Source: Hamiltosporidium tvaerminnensis FI-OER-3-3 | Lineage: Eukaryota; Fungi; Microsporidia | Reading direction: 5' to 3' | DNA: 64,000 nt | Assembly: GCA_022605425.2 (NCBI GenBank) | Contig: JAKIMF020000011.1 | Span: 496,001-560,000 of the forward strand | Shown: in pieces, positions 12,400 to 25,371 of the stretch | Position numbering within the stretch: position 1 is the first letter of the stretch | How the letters are laid out: every line of letters starts with the position of its first letter | Program-made: the position numbers and the translations under genes | The notes under the pieces: model-generated | Databases searched by the model: none | Told to the model about the DNA's origin: nothing | The model's input: only the letters and a program-made list of their open reading frames with translations

Positions 12400-13890
12400 A
12401 TTGCAATCGCGTTGAATATTTTAAAAAGTTTGGAAGTTTTTTATTTAAAAAAATATTATACAATTTATTTCTAAGCTTTCTAGTTGAAAGTCAATATATT
12501 TTATTTATAAACTAATTGAACGAGTAAAAATCGTTTGAGAATTACAAGATACAATTCTTATTGGATACTTATCACAGAAGATTACTTCAATATACTTTTT
12601 CATTTTATAAACCAGGACTTGAAGTTATATTGCGATTGTCTAATTTCACAGATGTAACACACTTGGATAATCTACGTTAAAACAGATTGATGAATAACTT
12701 AAACGTAAGATTGTTTTTCAATAGCCTGTAATTTTGTAAATCATAAGTTTTTCCGCGAATATTGAAACACATCTTTTCATAACCGAAGTTCCACAATGAT
12801 TACTCTCATTGCTAACTTTAAATTTAACAACTATATTATTTTTTGAGTCATTTTCTTATTAGAAAAGAGTTTTTAGATACAGGTCTTCTTGGAAGAATCT
12901 TTGGGAAGTACCAAAGGATAAATTTTACTTTGTATGTTTCTTTCGTAACCGAATAAAGTAACTCGGGATATATTGACTCGTCATAACAACCTTTAGCGAT
13001 TTGTATGTTGCGCGTAGCTTTCTTAAGAACTCAAGGGTTATAGGTATCTGTATACTTACAGGCATTTAATTTATTATATCTTAGTGTTTTTTTCTACCAA
13101 TTCTTTAGAATACTTTTAAAGTCGAATATTCATGGTTTTAATTTATTAAGAAAATCTCGGTTTCCCTCAAATATTTCCACCCGAGATTTTTATAAATTTT
13201 TGATAGTAAAAAACATAACACCGTTGGAAATATGGCGATTTTACTTTTTTATATTTTTACTTCTGTCTTATATTTCTTTCCCTTAATAATGTTCTTAAGT
13301 CTGCTTACATCGGGAGTTGATGAAATATGTAAATTTCTTAGTATAATACTCGTGAGATTGTCTAAAAATTTTATTAAGTCTTTTAAATATGAAATATAGC
13401 AAAAAAAGAACATTTCAAGGCTTTTTTCGCTTGTTATCATTTCTGGGTCAATTGTTTTTCGGTGTAGAATTATACAGTTTCTTAGGATAATAACTAAATA
13501 AAGTGTTTTTGATGTCATATAATGTCTACACATAGATAATCTAACCAAGATTATTTGATATTTGTTGAAGCAAACCATCAAGTTCAAAAATATGTGTTGA
13601 TCCGTGATAGCTTAGAGAGGAATAAGTTTTTAAGGCATATAGTAAGCGATATAGAGGATTTTGAGAGATGTTTTGAAATAATATTTTATTTTGTAATATA
13701 TCGGCATTATCAAAGTAAATTGTTTATTCATTTATTTTCCACGGTAACCACTTTCTTCAACACATTTTTGTTTCAAAGAAATAGAAGATTTATCAAAAAT
13801 ATAAAAAAATTCAAAGAATTATACTTTTATTTTAATATTAGCACTATCTTTTTGATATTAAAATTTAATATTTTAAATGGTTTTTCTAAA
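12400..13890 (-). pseudogene. Degraded LRR-like gene relic
   Basis: Minus-strand fragments with LRR-like text (FLDNLTSIILRNLHISS) interrupted by stops; boundaries approximate. Confidence 0.35.
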
Positions 13891-14075
13891 TTTTAATCTA
13901 ATTGGTGATTTAAAGATTATATTTTCTGTTACTTCGTATAACATAAAGCTTATTAATTAAATTAAAAAAGAGATATTAAATCTAATACTCTTGATTAAAT
14001 TTAAATATTTAATATAATATAATATAATATAAATTAAATTGAAATATTAAATATGTTTTTTTTATTCTGATAAGG

Positions 14076-16697
14076 ATGAAAAATAGGATTTTAATAAATT
14101 ACATTATAAGTTTAATCTTTTTCATTGTATTAGAGTGTAGCAACTTACTAACTGACACAAATATAATTCATATATATGATATAACAAATGAAAGGAGATT
14201 ATTTAAAGGATTTAATAATTATATTTTTTTAATAAATTTCATGATTGAAGAAATAAGTATATTTAAAGATACGAGAGATATTGAGGAGACAGAGCATATT
14301 TATAAGTTGTTTAGTGAAAATATAAACATTATATCTAATGAAATAAAAAGAATTCTCGCTTTTATAAATTGTAATACATACAGTGAGGGTATAGGCATTA
14401 AAGATATTTGCACTAAATATAAAGGCAGGGGAGATATAGAGAATGAAGAAGATTGTATTGATCTGAGTAAGTTTGTTATTAAAATTATAAGTGTAGAGTT
14501 GAAGAGAGATATGGAATATTTCGTTAGGCTTCTTTCTGTGCAAGATTTTTCCTTCTGCAATGTTAATATTTTAATTGATATAATTTATTGGATTCAGATT
14601 TTAGATATTCCGATGGATTTTAATTTATACCGGTTTTTTAAATTACTTATTTTTAATTTAATTGATTCAAATGAATTTGTTAAGGAATATATAAATCGTA
14701 GAGATATTAATAATGTAGATCATAATATTAATACAGCCAAAGAATCACCTAAAGACAAAACCAATACCAATAGTATAAATTATAGATTCGATAATAATGT
14801 TTATAATCTAATATTGTTATATGAATTTTTAAAAAATAATATTACAGATAAAAATATTTTACATATTATGTTCGAATTTGAATCGAATACAGTGATTGAG
14901 TTTAAAAATAACAATTTAATAATTTGTAATTCATTTATACGATTTACCGATGATATACTGTTCTATGTATTAGATTTATTAAAAGTAAATAAATTTAGGA
15001 AAATATTTTCATATTTACTAACTATGTGTCAGATACCAGAAATAATATTCAATTTTATAAATTTTAGAAGTTATATTGACAATTTGAATCTATTAATAGA
15101 TGTATTACCTGAAAGTATCGAGAAAATATCGTTAAACGATGTAGAAAATACAGAGGTTTTGTTTTTACATTTAAAGTCTACGCATAGTAAGCAAAATATA
15201 AAAAGAATAACTATTTTCGATAGAAAATTTCTTCTGCCGTATGTGTTTTACTTGAGAGATTTTTTAAATATAGAAGAAATACGTATTTTATCGGTAAATA
15301 AATCAACAAACGATTTTGATTGTTTAAACATCATCGATCATATATTTGCACATTTAAAGGTATTATATTTATCTGTACGATGGTTACCAGATACCAATTT
15401 TTTCAAAATAGTCTCTGATTTTAAATCTTTAACAGATTTTTACTTATCCATCAATATATTTATATCGTATAATGATTTTCTGACTGTGTTAGTCAATTTA
15501 TTTTATGGAAATTTCTTAAAATCTTTAAAAATATGTATTTTTAAAACGAATATAACAAATATATTTATTTATCTTAAATTTTTCAATAAACTTGAAAATA
15601 TTTGTTTAGAATGTAATGAAACAAATAATTCAAGATCATTTACACATCTATCACAAGAAAATTCATTCTTTCAATCGTCTAATCATTCCTCCTCACCACC
15701 TGTATCAGAACATTTAAAAAATCCATCAAATCATTCATACTCACAACCATCTACGAATTCATCACAAACTTCAAATCCATTACAAATATCCTCAAAGTTA
15801 AATCATTTAGAATATTTTAGTATAAAAAAACTTGAATTTGTAAATTTACGTTTAAATAAAAAAGAATATTTATTTCTATTCAAACTACCAAACTTATCAA
15901 AACTAACTCTAAAACATTGCCATATACAGGATTTTGACATAAAAACCACAATTCTCACGACAATATCATCCCCAGTAAATATTATACACCTGGAAAGAAC
16001 AAACATACCAAACAACTTCTACAAAATACTACAAAAATGTACATCTATAACTGAAATACACATCTACGAAACAATATTACCAACAATATTTCTACAGAAC
16101 ACTTATCTTATAAACTTTACAAACACAAAAATCATTAAAATTTTCGACTGTAAAATATTCGGAACCCACACTTTTATCTCATCGTTTCCTAATTTGGAAC
16201 ACATCAGTATTAATATACCCCTCTACATGTCGCAAATGTCATTTTCACAATATTTTCACATTCTCGATCCACTAAAAATACTCAGTGTCTCATACTCTAA
16301 CCACATTATTTCTCAATCAGACACCACCTTACTCTCCCACTTCAAAAATCTAAAAAGCCTAAAAATTATTTCTCCAAATTTCCAACACTGCACACTCACA
16401 GACATATTTATTACAGATTTTGGACACAATCTACAAGAGTTACTCCTTATAGAAACACACATACCCCAACCCGTACTACACTATATCTTTACACTACACA
16501 ACCTACACACAATAAACCTTTCACTTTCAACTATACATAACACCAAACCACTTATTCTTTATACTTCTTCATGTCTCGCCACACTCATTATTTCAGGTAT
16601 AAATACTACATACACATCATATAATTATATTTTAGAAATATTCAGTCCATCACTAATATTTCTAGATTTCCCTATAAATTATATCCCGTATAAGTAA
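14076..16697 (+). CDS. Secreted leucine-rich-repeat-like protein (873 aa)
   Basis: Signal-peptide-like N-terminus (ILINYIISLIFFIVLECS), many LxxLxL motifs (LPNLSKLTLKHC, FKNLKSLKII, LHNLHTINLS) and a Ser-rich linker. Confidence 0.8.
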   Translation: MKNRILINYIISLIFFIVLECSNLLTDTNIIHIYDITNERRLFKGFNNYIFLINFMIEEISIFKDTRDIEETEHIYKLFSENINIISNEIKRILAFINCNTYSEGIGIKDICTKYKGRGDIENEEDCIDLSKFVIKIISVELKRDMEYFVRLLSVQDFSFCNVNILIDIIYWIQILDIPMDFNLYRFFKLLIFNLIDSNEFVKEYINRRDINNVDHNINTAKESPKDKTNTNSINYRFDNNVYNLILLYEFLKNNITDKNILHIMFEFESNTVIEFKNNNLIICNSFIRFTDDILFYVLDLLKVNKFRKIFSYLLTMCQIPEIIFNFINFRSYIDNLNLLIDVLPESIEKISLNDVENTEVLFLHLKSTHSKQNIKRITIFDRKFLLPYVFYLRDFLNIEEIRILSVNKSTNDFDCLNIIDHIFAHLKVLYLSVRWLPDTNFFKIVSDFKSLTDFYLSINIFISYNDFLTVLVNLFYGNFLKSLKICIFKTNITNIFIYLKFFNKLENICLECNETNNSRSFTHLSQENSFFQSSNHSSSPPVSEHLKNPSNHSYSQPSTNSSQTSNPLQISSKLNHLEYFSIKKLEFVNLRLNKKEYLFLFKLPNLSKLTLKHCHIQDFDIKTTILTTISSPVNIIHLERTNIPNNFYKILQKCTSITEIHIYETILPTIFLQNTYLINFTNTKIIKIFDCKIFGTHTFISSFPNLEHISINIPLYMSQMSFSQYFHILDPLKILSVSYSNHIISQSDTTLLSHFKNLKSLKIISPNFQHCTLTDIFITDFGHNLQELLLIETHIPQPVLHYIFTLHNLHTINLSLSTIHNTKPLILYTSSCLATLIISGINTTYTSYNYILEIFSPSLIFLDFPINYIPYK

Positions 16698-17174
16698 ATA
16701 TATATTTAAAAGAGATATATCTGTATTATTTATTAAAATAAACCTAACTTAAACTTATATTTTAACTTATATTTAAAATTCATATTTGAAATTATTTATA
16801 TTTATTAAAAGACTCTTAGCTTAAACTTATATTTAATTATTTATTTAAGATTTTTGTTTAAAACTCATATTATGATTATTTACAGACTCTTAGCATAAAC
16901 TTATAGTTAATTATTTAAGATTATTTTATTTAATAATTTATTTGAGATTATTTATGTATTTAAGATCATTTAATTTGATAAATCAGTTTATTTATTTTTA
17001 TTGACCATGTTATTTATTTTTATTGTATCATTTTATTTATAATTAAATATTTCCAATTTATTTTTTTAATATATCAGCTTTTTTTTATTTTATAATCCCT
17101 TATAATTATTTAATTTATCAGTTATATCTTTTATATTACTTTTATAGTAACCAAAATCTAAATTAATAATCTTA

Positions 17175-18572
17175 CTACTCAACACCCTTCCTACAGTAAG
17201 GACACGTAGAATTTATAAGTAACCAATGCTTTAAACATTTATAATGAAAATAATGATTGCATCTTAAAATTATACATTTATCACTTTCTTTATACTCAGA
17301 CATACAAATATCACAGAGTCTTTGTATATTCTTATAACTTTTCTTTACATTTTTTAAAATTTTATAGTTCTCTTCTCTATTATGATACCTTCCCTCTTCT
17401 TTATCATACTTCTCTCTAACATCACTGCTTTCACTCAAACTACTTTCAGACACATCCCCTAAAATATCAATATCCCTGTACATTACCACCCTCAACCTCT
17501 CTATCTCATACTCACTCATTTTATACCGCTCAAACACCTTAAAAACACCCCACATCCGTAAATACAACTCCTCATCACTCAGTCTCTTTACATATCCACC
17601 ATACTTAAAAATAATTGGATTTACATCAAAATACCGCAATTCTCTTATATTACACGTCAACTGTCTTATCACATCTATCAATCTTTGTATATCTCTTTGT
17701 GTACCCCCTGCACCCTCTACTCTCCTCTGTGTGTGTCTACGCACACACATCAGTATTATATCTTGTATATCTTCTCCTCCCACATCCTGTACATTTACCA
17801 CATCTCTATCTCTATCCATATCTATATTTAATATATCTTGTTTAAACTTTATACGTGTGATTCTTAAGTCATTGTTATTAACAGAGTGTATATTAAATAT
17901 ATTTGTATTATCAGTATTAGATAGATATATGTTATTATTAGATATACTATTGGATAGATATGTGTTATTATTAGTGTTATCTAAGTCTTTATTTCCATGG
18001 TTGTTATATATTAAAGCATTTATAATATTTAAATTTATAGTTCTTGTATCATAGATATCAGTATTGCTAGTAATAGTACTTTGGTTAGCAATATATTGTT
18101 GGTTAGTAGTGATATCAGTAGTATTAATAGTAATAGTACTTTGGTTAGCAATATATTGTTGGTTAGTAGTGATATCAGTAGTATTGATAGTAGTGTTATC
18201 AGTAGTATTATTAGTATTAGTAGTATTATTATCCTTATTACTATATTTACTATCTTTATCCTTACTGTTCCTATTCCTATCTTTACAAATATCTTTACAG
18301 ACACTTATATTCTTACTACTCATACAAATACCATTTATATTCTCTCTATTCTTATTGCTATTCTCTCTATTCTTGTTGCTATTCTCTCTATTCTTGTTGC
18401 TATTCTCTCTATTCTTGTTGCTATTCTCTCTATTGTTTTCTTGTAAATACTTTGCTATTTCATTTTCATTGTAATTTGTGTTTTGTAAAGGTGTAAGTAT
18501 ATCAGTTGGTTGTATTGTATTTATTTTTATTTTCTTATTTGTTGGTTGGTATTGTGATAATTTTTTGGTCAT
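17175..18572 (-). CDS. RING-H2 E3 ubiquitin ligase with Asn/Thr-rich low-complexity N-terminus
   Basis: C-terminal CDIC...LRCNHYFHYKC...W...CPYCR is a C3H2C3 RING-H2; NRENSNK 21-bp repeats near the N-terminus. Confidence 0.88.
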   Translation of the reverse strand: MTKKLSQYQPTNKKIKINTIQPTDILTPLQNTNYNENEIAKYLQENNRENSNKNRENSNKNRENSNKNRENSNKNRENINGICMSSKNISVCKDICKDRNRNSKDKDSKYSNKDNNTTNTNNTTDNTTINTTDITTNQQYIANQSTITINTTDITTNQQYIANQSTITSNTDIYDTRTINLNIINALIYNNHGNKDLDNTNNNTYLSNSISNNNIYLSNTDNTNIFNIHSVNNNDLRITRIKFKQDILNIDMDRDRDVVNVQDVGGEDIQDIILMCVRRHTQRRVEGAGGTQRDIQRLIDVIRQLTCNIRELRYFDVNPIIFKYGGYVKRLSDEELYLRMWGVFKVFERYKMSEYEIERLRVVMYRDIDILGDVSESSLSESSDVREKYDKEEGRYHNREENYKILKNVKKSYKNIQRLCDICMSEYKESDKCIILRCNHYFHYKCLKHWLLINSTCPYCRKGVE

Positions 18573-18925
18573 AGATTGTTATTGTAAAGGATTAATTTAT
18601 AGGATGATTATTTTTAAATGAGAGAAAAATATAAAAATATATATTGTTGAGAAGAGGAGTGTTTGTGTTTTAGTGGGAAAGGTGTGTGTGAGAGATAAGA
18701 TAAGGAGGTGTAATATTTATTTTAGTGTTTTATATTACTGTTTTATATTGGGTTTTATAATGTGAGATGATGAGGTTTAGAAATATATTTGTTTTATTGA
18801 AGATTTGTGATTTGTAGTTTTTTTTACGATTTATATTTGAATTTGGTTTTTTATTGTAAGATTTGTGATTTGTGATTTGGTTTAAGTTTATATTTGAATT
18901 TGGTTTTTTATTGTAAGATTTGTAT

Positions 18926-19643
18926 GTGGAGAGAGGATAACCATATAAAAATTTTTGTTTGGAAATGATTAAATAAAATTGGTTTGAATATCATTGTTTG
19001 GATTTTTGGTAGAATGAAAACCATACCACATTTTCAGTTTGTATTGTTAATTTGTTAAAGAGAAAAAGGTGGGAGAAGAACGAAATGAAAAATATTTTTC
19101 TAAAAACTTTGTTTGTGATTCTTCTATGTAACTATATTCTACACTATGAGTGATATTGTAGATAATTGCTTTGTAAAACAATGGAAACTTAGCCTTGCTA
19201 TGACGAGTTAGAAGACTTAAGATCTGGGAAATAGAAACAAAGTACTTATAAAGCCAAGAAAGCAAAGTAGCAGATTATACCTGTTTATATGACATTGAAA
19301 TATCTAGGTTTGCTATATGTGAGTTTCGAAATATGTTTTAGGTGGAAGTCTATTCGGGTCAGAAAGTGTAGAGAAGGTGGAATGTGCGGATTCTTGGGCG
19401 GAGCTTGGTTGGGATTTGAACACTATCACAGTATGTAACGAACAATAACAAATATCGGACACTTACTCCACCATTAATTAGGTTTTTATCACCTTTTATA
19501 TGGAAAGATTTGAGTAGGCATCTAATCGATATTGATGGTGTTTTAGGATGTTTTTATATTTATAACCAGAAATTCGGTAAAATCATGAATAAAATTTAAA
19601 ACTTGCCACTGTTTTAAAAAACTGTGACATTTTTAGATAAAAA
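18926..19643 (+). mobile_element. Diverged full-length copy of the ~730-bp SINE-like element
   Basis: Runs from GTGGAGAGAGGATAACC to ACTTGCCACTGTTTTAAAAA, colinear with the other copies. Confidence 0.85.
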
Positions 19644-20615
19644 ATATCTACCAAATATGCTGTAATTTTTTTTTCAAACTGTTATTAGGCTAAGTCATCA
19701 ATTGTGTAATTATTCTAATTTAAATGTGTAGAATCATAACGCAATACATCTTCATAAAAAGACATACTTCTTATCTTTTGTGGGTTTTGTTTTCAGAAAG
19801 TTCTGCATATTCACAAATTTACGCGAAGACTAAGTTGCTAGCTTTGAGAAAACGTTGCTTGAAATTCGACAATTAGTAAAAATTATATAATATCACATGT
19901 CTGCAAAAGTCTATTCAATACAATTATCTATAATGTATTTTAAAATGTGTTAGTACTGCATTTGTGAAAAGAAATAAACTCTATGATTGGCTCTTCATTA
20001 ATAATTAAAATTAAAAAAGAAATGTTAGGCATAGATTCACACATATATCTAAGAATATCTCAGTCTACTAGATATTAAACAAATATATATGTAAAAAACC
20101 AAATATTTAAATATAAATTAACGGTTTTGTACATCTTTAGTGCCTTGGCTTTCAAATGAAAAAAATATATTTGTTATTTTAAGATAATTAATACTAAAAA
20201 GATCTCTAGTTTTGACCTAATGTATTTAAAATATTATTTAGTCAATAATCATACTAAAAATAAAAAATGCATTAAGTTTACATCAGTATTTGCTAAATTT
20301 ATTCACTCTCTTTCGTTAAGTACATATACTTGAGAAATATAATTACGGTTTTATAAGAATTCATAAATCTCGTAGAATCAGTACAACTTCGAACGAAACA
20401 AAAATTAAATGAAATGCAAATATGTTAGAAATATTTTATGTAGATTCAGATAAAAATATTAATATAACGAAATCTTTTTGATTAAGAATAATTCTATTCT
20501 ATGTAAATCCATTTTGGTACATAGAATTAATTAATATATTCTTTATTTAATTAAAAGATTTTTATCAGATAAAAAAAACATATACATTCATTTAATTGTT
20601 TCGATTTTTTCCGAA

Positions 20616-21905
20616 ATGCGTGGGTCAGTAAGGAAGTTCCAAAATTATTCCTTTATATTTTGTTTATTAGCTATGTTTATATTAAGAGGTAATTTATATA
20701 CGATCGAAGAATTTGATAAAGCTATATCAACAAAATTTAAAGAAATGTATCAAGTAAATGAAGAAATTTTAAAATATTTTTCGGATTCCGACTTCTATGA
20801 TATAAGGATTAAAGATTGTTGTATGCCGTTAGAATTAATTGAACTACTCTCAGATCTTATAAGATCATCAAATACTACATTCTTTAATATATTTATAGAA
20901 TATCGGTGTGGGATGCTAAGATCAAGTAAAAATCCTGAAAATGAAAATATTTTTGAATTAAAAAAATTCGGAGCAAATAATTTTGCCTTTGGAATAAATT
21001 ATATCGATAAGAAAAACAGGGCACCATTGTATAAAAGACTTCAGATAGGTGTGTCAAAGAAGTATTTAAAGCATCTTTTAAATACTATATTTAAAGTTAC
21101 CTTGGTTTTTAGAAAATTTTATACAAATATAATAGAATTTGCTAATTATTGTTACAGATGCAGCAATGCAAATTACAGGTTTATGATTTTCGACCCAGAA
21201 CTTGGTTTTAGAAATATAGTTGGATTTCCAGACAAAAAAATATTGGGCCGGTACAAAAAATCAAATATTACTTATAAACAAGTTTTGCACACGAAACTAA
21301 AGTTTTCCGGAAAACTATCAAGACATTCTGGTGGTATGGAAGATGTAGAGTTTATATTGAAAGAAAAAAATGAAATATTTTTAAAATTACAAGGAAAATA
21401 TGATATTAAAAGCTATTGGAGATTTCTAAATACTCTACCAAATGCAGAATTATCCGTGGAATCAAACACAGATATATTTTCGTATAATTTAAAAATATTT
21501 AGCTCGCTTGCAAGACAAAGACCATGTAAGGAGGTGGCAATATGTTCTATAGGGGAATTATTGGTCGAAAAAGATTATTTTATTGAATGCAGGTTATTAT
21601 CAGAAAATTCAATCAAAGAAAATGATTTTAAGAGAGAATATTCGTATAATTCTAATTTTAATGATCAAATTTGTATTTTAAAATTATATTTTTTACAAAA
21701 CAATAATGAGGAGAAAATATTCAGGCTATATTCTTCGCTTTTTAAAACAAATGAATATTTTGAGATATTTACAGACGGTGAATATAATATTACCAGGGTG
21801 GTAGATAATGTAGAAAAATCATGGCCAAGTGAGAGAAATGCTTCGTTGAATGAATATGAATGGGCTTTGATCGTAATTTTAGGAGAAATATGGTTAAGAA
21901 TGTGA
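20616..21905 (+). CDS. Hypothetical protein (429 aa), likely secreted
   Basis: Long ORF in very AT-rich DNA with a hydrophobic N-terminal segment (FIFCLLAMFIL); no recognisable domain. Confidence 0.75.
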   Translation: MRGSVRKFQNYSFIFCLLAMFILRGNLYTIEEFDKAISTKFKEMYQVNEEILKYFSDSDFYDIRIKDCCMPLELIELLSDLIRSSNTTFFNIFIEYRCGMLRSSKNPENENIFELKKFGANNFAFGINYIDKKNRAPLYKRLQIGVSKKYLKHLLNTIFKVTLVFRKFYTNIIEFANYCYRCSNANYRFMIFDPELGFRNIVGFPDKKILGRYKKSNITYKQVLHTKLKFSGKLSRHSGGMEDVEFILKEKNEIFLKLQGKYDIKSYWRFLNTLPNAELSVESNTDIFSYNLKIFSSLARQRPCKEVAICSIGELLVEKDYFIECRLLSENSIKENDFKREYSYNSNFNDQICILKLYFLQNNNEEKIFRLYSSLFKTNEYFEIFTDGEYNITRVVDNVEKSWPSERNASLNEYEWALIVILGEIWLRM

Positions 21906-24228
21906 AATTAATTTTAGTTGAATATAATTTTTAGATTTCAAATCTAAAATAATTATTTGTCTCTAAACTTGAATAAATCTTATAATCTATCAAAATATAA
22001 ATTATATTGGTGCTTCGCTATAAAAATTTTCAATGTTATTTATTATTTCTATGTAATTACACTAAATCAAAGCCAAAAATCCTCGCAAAATAGGCTATTC
22101 TAATTTTTTTCATGTTTAGCTTTTCTTTTTCGTGAACTAAATGACAATTTTGCACTAAAAAAGCGCGATAAATCAGTTAAAACATTTTTTTATAAAAATT
22201 TTAAAGGATTTTTAAATTTCATAAAAATATATCGCGAATAAATTACTATAATTTTTTTCCCAGACAGTATTATAGTTTGAAATTTTTTAGATATACTCAA
22301 GTAAGCAATATTTTATGTTTTATTACTAAGCATACCTGAATTAATATATAACGTATATCTTGATATAATGAATAAAAAAAATCTTTAGATTATAAATGAA
22401 GGTTATGTATTACAAAATTTCTCTATTTAGAATGAAATCATGTGTTTTTATAAAATAATTTAGGTATTTTGGAGATACTATAAACAGAAATATAAATATA
22501 ATTTACAGTTTTATCTTTGAAATAATTTTAATTGAAACATAATTCAAACTATCGAAGTGTTAAAACACACAATTTTTAATAATATCCCATTTCAATCATT
22601 TTTAAGTCATAAAAATTACTATTTCCGAATATAGAATATGGATTCGACATCTGAATATAAGTATATTTTGAATTCTATCATCGGAAATTATTATGTAGTC
22701 ACTTTAAAAAGCAATATGTCATCGAGACGATATATTTCAACTAAATATTTATAAATAATAATTATGCAAAGTAGACAGGAGAAAGCTTGATATCCCATAT
22801 CAGTTGATATAACAAACAACACTATCGAATTTATCGTAATGAAATTAATAATAGGTTATAAAATCCCCTCCCTGCAGGAAATAAGCTGAAATATCTCAAA
22901 ATCTTTATTAGGTACGCTTAGCAGATAAATAGATCACAATAAAAAGACTATCATTAGATATTTAAATCGATGAATGAAACATATGAAGGGGTATATATTT
23001 TTGAACGTCTTGTGATATTCAAGATATTAGAAGTACAGTTCATTAAGAGTTGCGATTTGACTTTGTATAATTGCCTCAAATGGTGAAGCAAACATGATTT
23101 TCTCAATTCTTCCATTGTTTTAATAATATTTTTAATGTGTAACTTCTTACAAGAAAAATGTTCCAAGCTGTAAAATTATCATGGAACATATGGGACTCTA
23201 ATTTATTTACAAATTAAATCGGATTTATATTTATTTAAATCAGAAAACATTTAACGACAGTTTGTACATTAGTGTTAGAAACCCCCTCAAAATAGCGGTT
23301 TAAATCAATATAATTTATAGTGTCATATTGTGGCTTTTTTATTATACTTGCTTTTATATATCTTTTTTTGTTAGATTTATAATTTTAAGCAATAAGTGCA
23401 CTAAGCATTTGTTCATATTATTTATCATTTTATTCGACTAGAACTATAATTAGACCTGGAATTTTTCTTAAATTTTAATTCCGTTCGATTTTTGTTGTTC
23501 TAGATTAACTAGCTCTCTATATAATACAAATGAAGGTATTTGCGAAACCGAAGCTTCACACTAATTTCAAAAAAAATATCAAACAAAAAAAGATGCATGA
23601 GTCATCTAAAGTTTCCTAACTCAATTTAACTTGAAATCTTTACTCAGTAATTTTTAATTTAATTTTGACGAAAAGCTTGGGAAAATGCTATAATTTATTA
23701 AAAGATATGGAAAATAAATGTTCTAGATGTTTTGAATTTCAGGCAGAATATATTAATTATATTATCACCAATTTCTATTATTTATTATCTATGATTTATA
23801 AATTATAAATTATAAGAAGTATAAAATCATAGCAGAAGATAGAAGTACTTGATAAAATTCGTCAATCATCTTACAATTAACCATATATATGCCAAAAAAA
23901 TTGAAAACGTTTTTTTTTTATTCTGCTTGGCTATTAATTTGCCTTCGCATATTATATAGTCTTAATTCGAATGAAGAAAATCTCACAAAAAAATATTTTT
24001 TTGTGAAAATATCCTATATCGCCTTTCTTTCGTTTGCACTGCATCTAAACGAAATTTCTTTGTTGATTTTGTCTTTTAATAATCTAAAAGTGCCGTTTTT
24101 GCAAATTAAGAGATTTTTGAGTTTCTTGATTTGGTTTTTTATGAAATCAATAAGATTGTTTTGATCATTTATATCCTTTTTTTGTCACATCTTATGTTAT
24201 TAGACGTGAAATATTTTTTTCTGGTTAG

Positions 24229-24932
24229 GTGGGGAAGGATAAGCACTAAAAAACGTTCTGCTTGGTGATGAGTATTTGAAGCTGGTGTGAAGATCATTGT
24301 TTGGATTTTTGGTGTGAATAAAACCAGACTATATCCTGGTCTGTCTCATGGGAGTTTGTATGAGAAGGAAAAGGTCTACGAAACAGCGAAACTTTTTCTG
24401 AAAATTTAGTCTGCAGCTTTATGTAACTAGATTGCAGACTGTAGCTGGACATGTAGGTAAAGGCCATGTAAAAGCCTAGAAAACACCTTACTCACTCGGA
24501 TTCGAAGACTTAGACCTCGGAAGATATAATTAATATACCTATTTAAAGCCGGGAGAGCTAAGTACAGGTAATAACTATGGGTATGATATTGCATTGTCTA
24601 GGTGTATACCATGTACGTCTCTGAAATATATCTTAGTAGAAGTTTATTGGGTTCAGAAAGTGTATATTGAGTGGATGCTACATAGTCTTGTAGACCAGGA
24701 TGGGCTTCGGTTTTCGATCACACTCCATGCAAGGGTCATTAACAAACTTCGGGCAATTTCTTTGACTATTCAATAGGCTCGCCCCGCCTGGCAGATAAAA
24801 CTTTATAATGTAGATATAGTAGGGTTTACTGATGAAGTGTTAAAGTAGTAGTTTTATAGGGTAAACGTAGAACTGTGTTATGTCATAAAAACAAATATAA
24901 GACTTGCCACTGTTGTAAAAAAGATGTTATAT
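24229..24932 (+). mobile_element. Diverged full-length copy of the ~730-bp SINE-like element
   Basis: Colinear similarity from GGGGAAGGATAAGC to CTTGCCACTGTTG. Confidence 0.85.
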
Positions 24933-25371
24933 TCTATGGCTTAAAAATCATAAAATACATATAGCGTAAAATTTATAAATTGGTCAACATGCACATATTT
25001 GCAAAATATAACCTCTTAATTACAAGGAACCAAACGGCATATATTAGTTTATAAGAACGTTTTTTTGGGTGTATTTAAAATCGTTAACGCTTTATGTGTA
25101 GAAAATGGATTTAAACTCTAATCTTTAATCTCGAAATATGTCCCTTTATAATTTTATATTAGTATGTAAACTTTAAATTTAGAAATATTTATAATATATT
25201 TTAAAAAAGTTTCAGACACAAATTTTTTGCTTTTATAAATAAGTTTATACTTGAAACAGAAGTAAAAATTACTTTGAATATCATTATGAAGTTTTTCCTA
25301 GGTAGTTTTATGTTTTAGATAGTAAAAATTTGGGTGAAGTCATGCGGCTTTAATAAGACTTTTAAAATGAT

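Noticed and set aside
24825-24840. CTGATGA hammerhead core in one element copy
   Set aside because: Other copies read CCGATGG or CTGATGG, and no GAAA/stem architecture fits.
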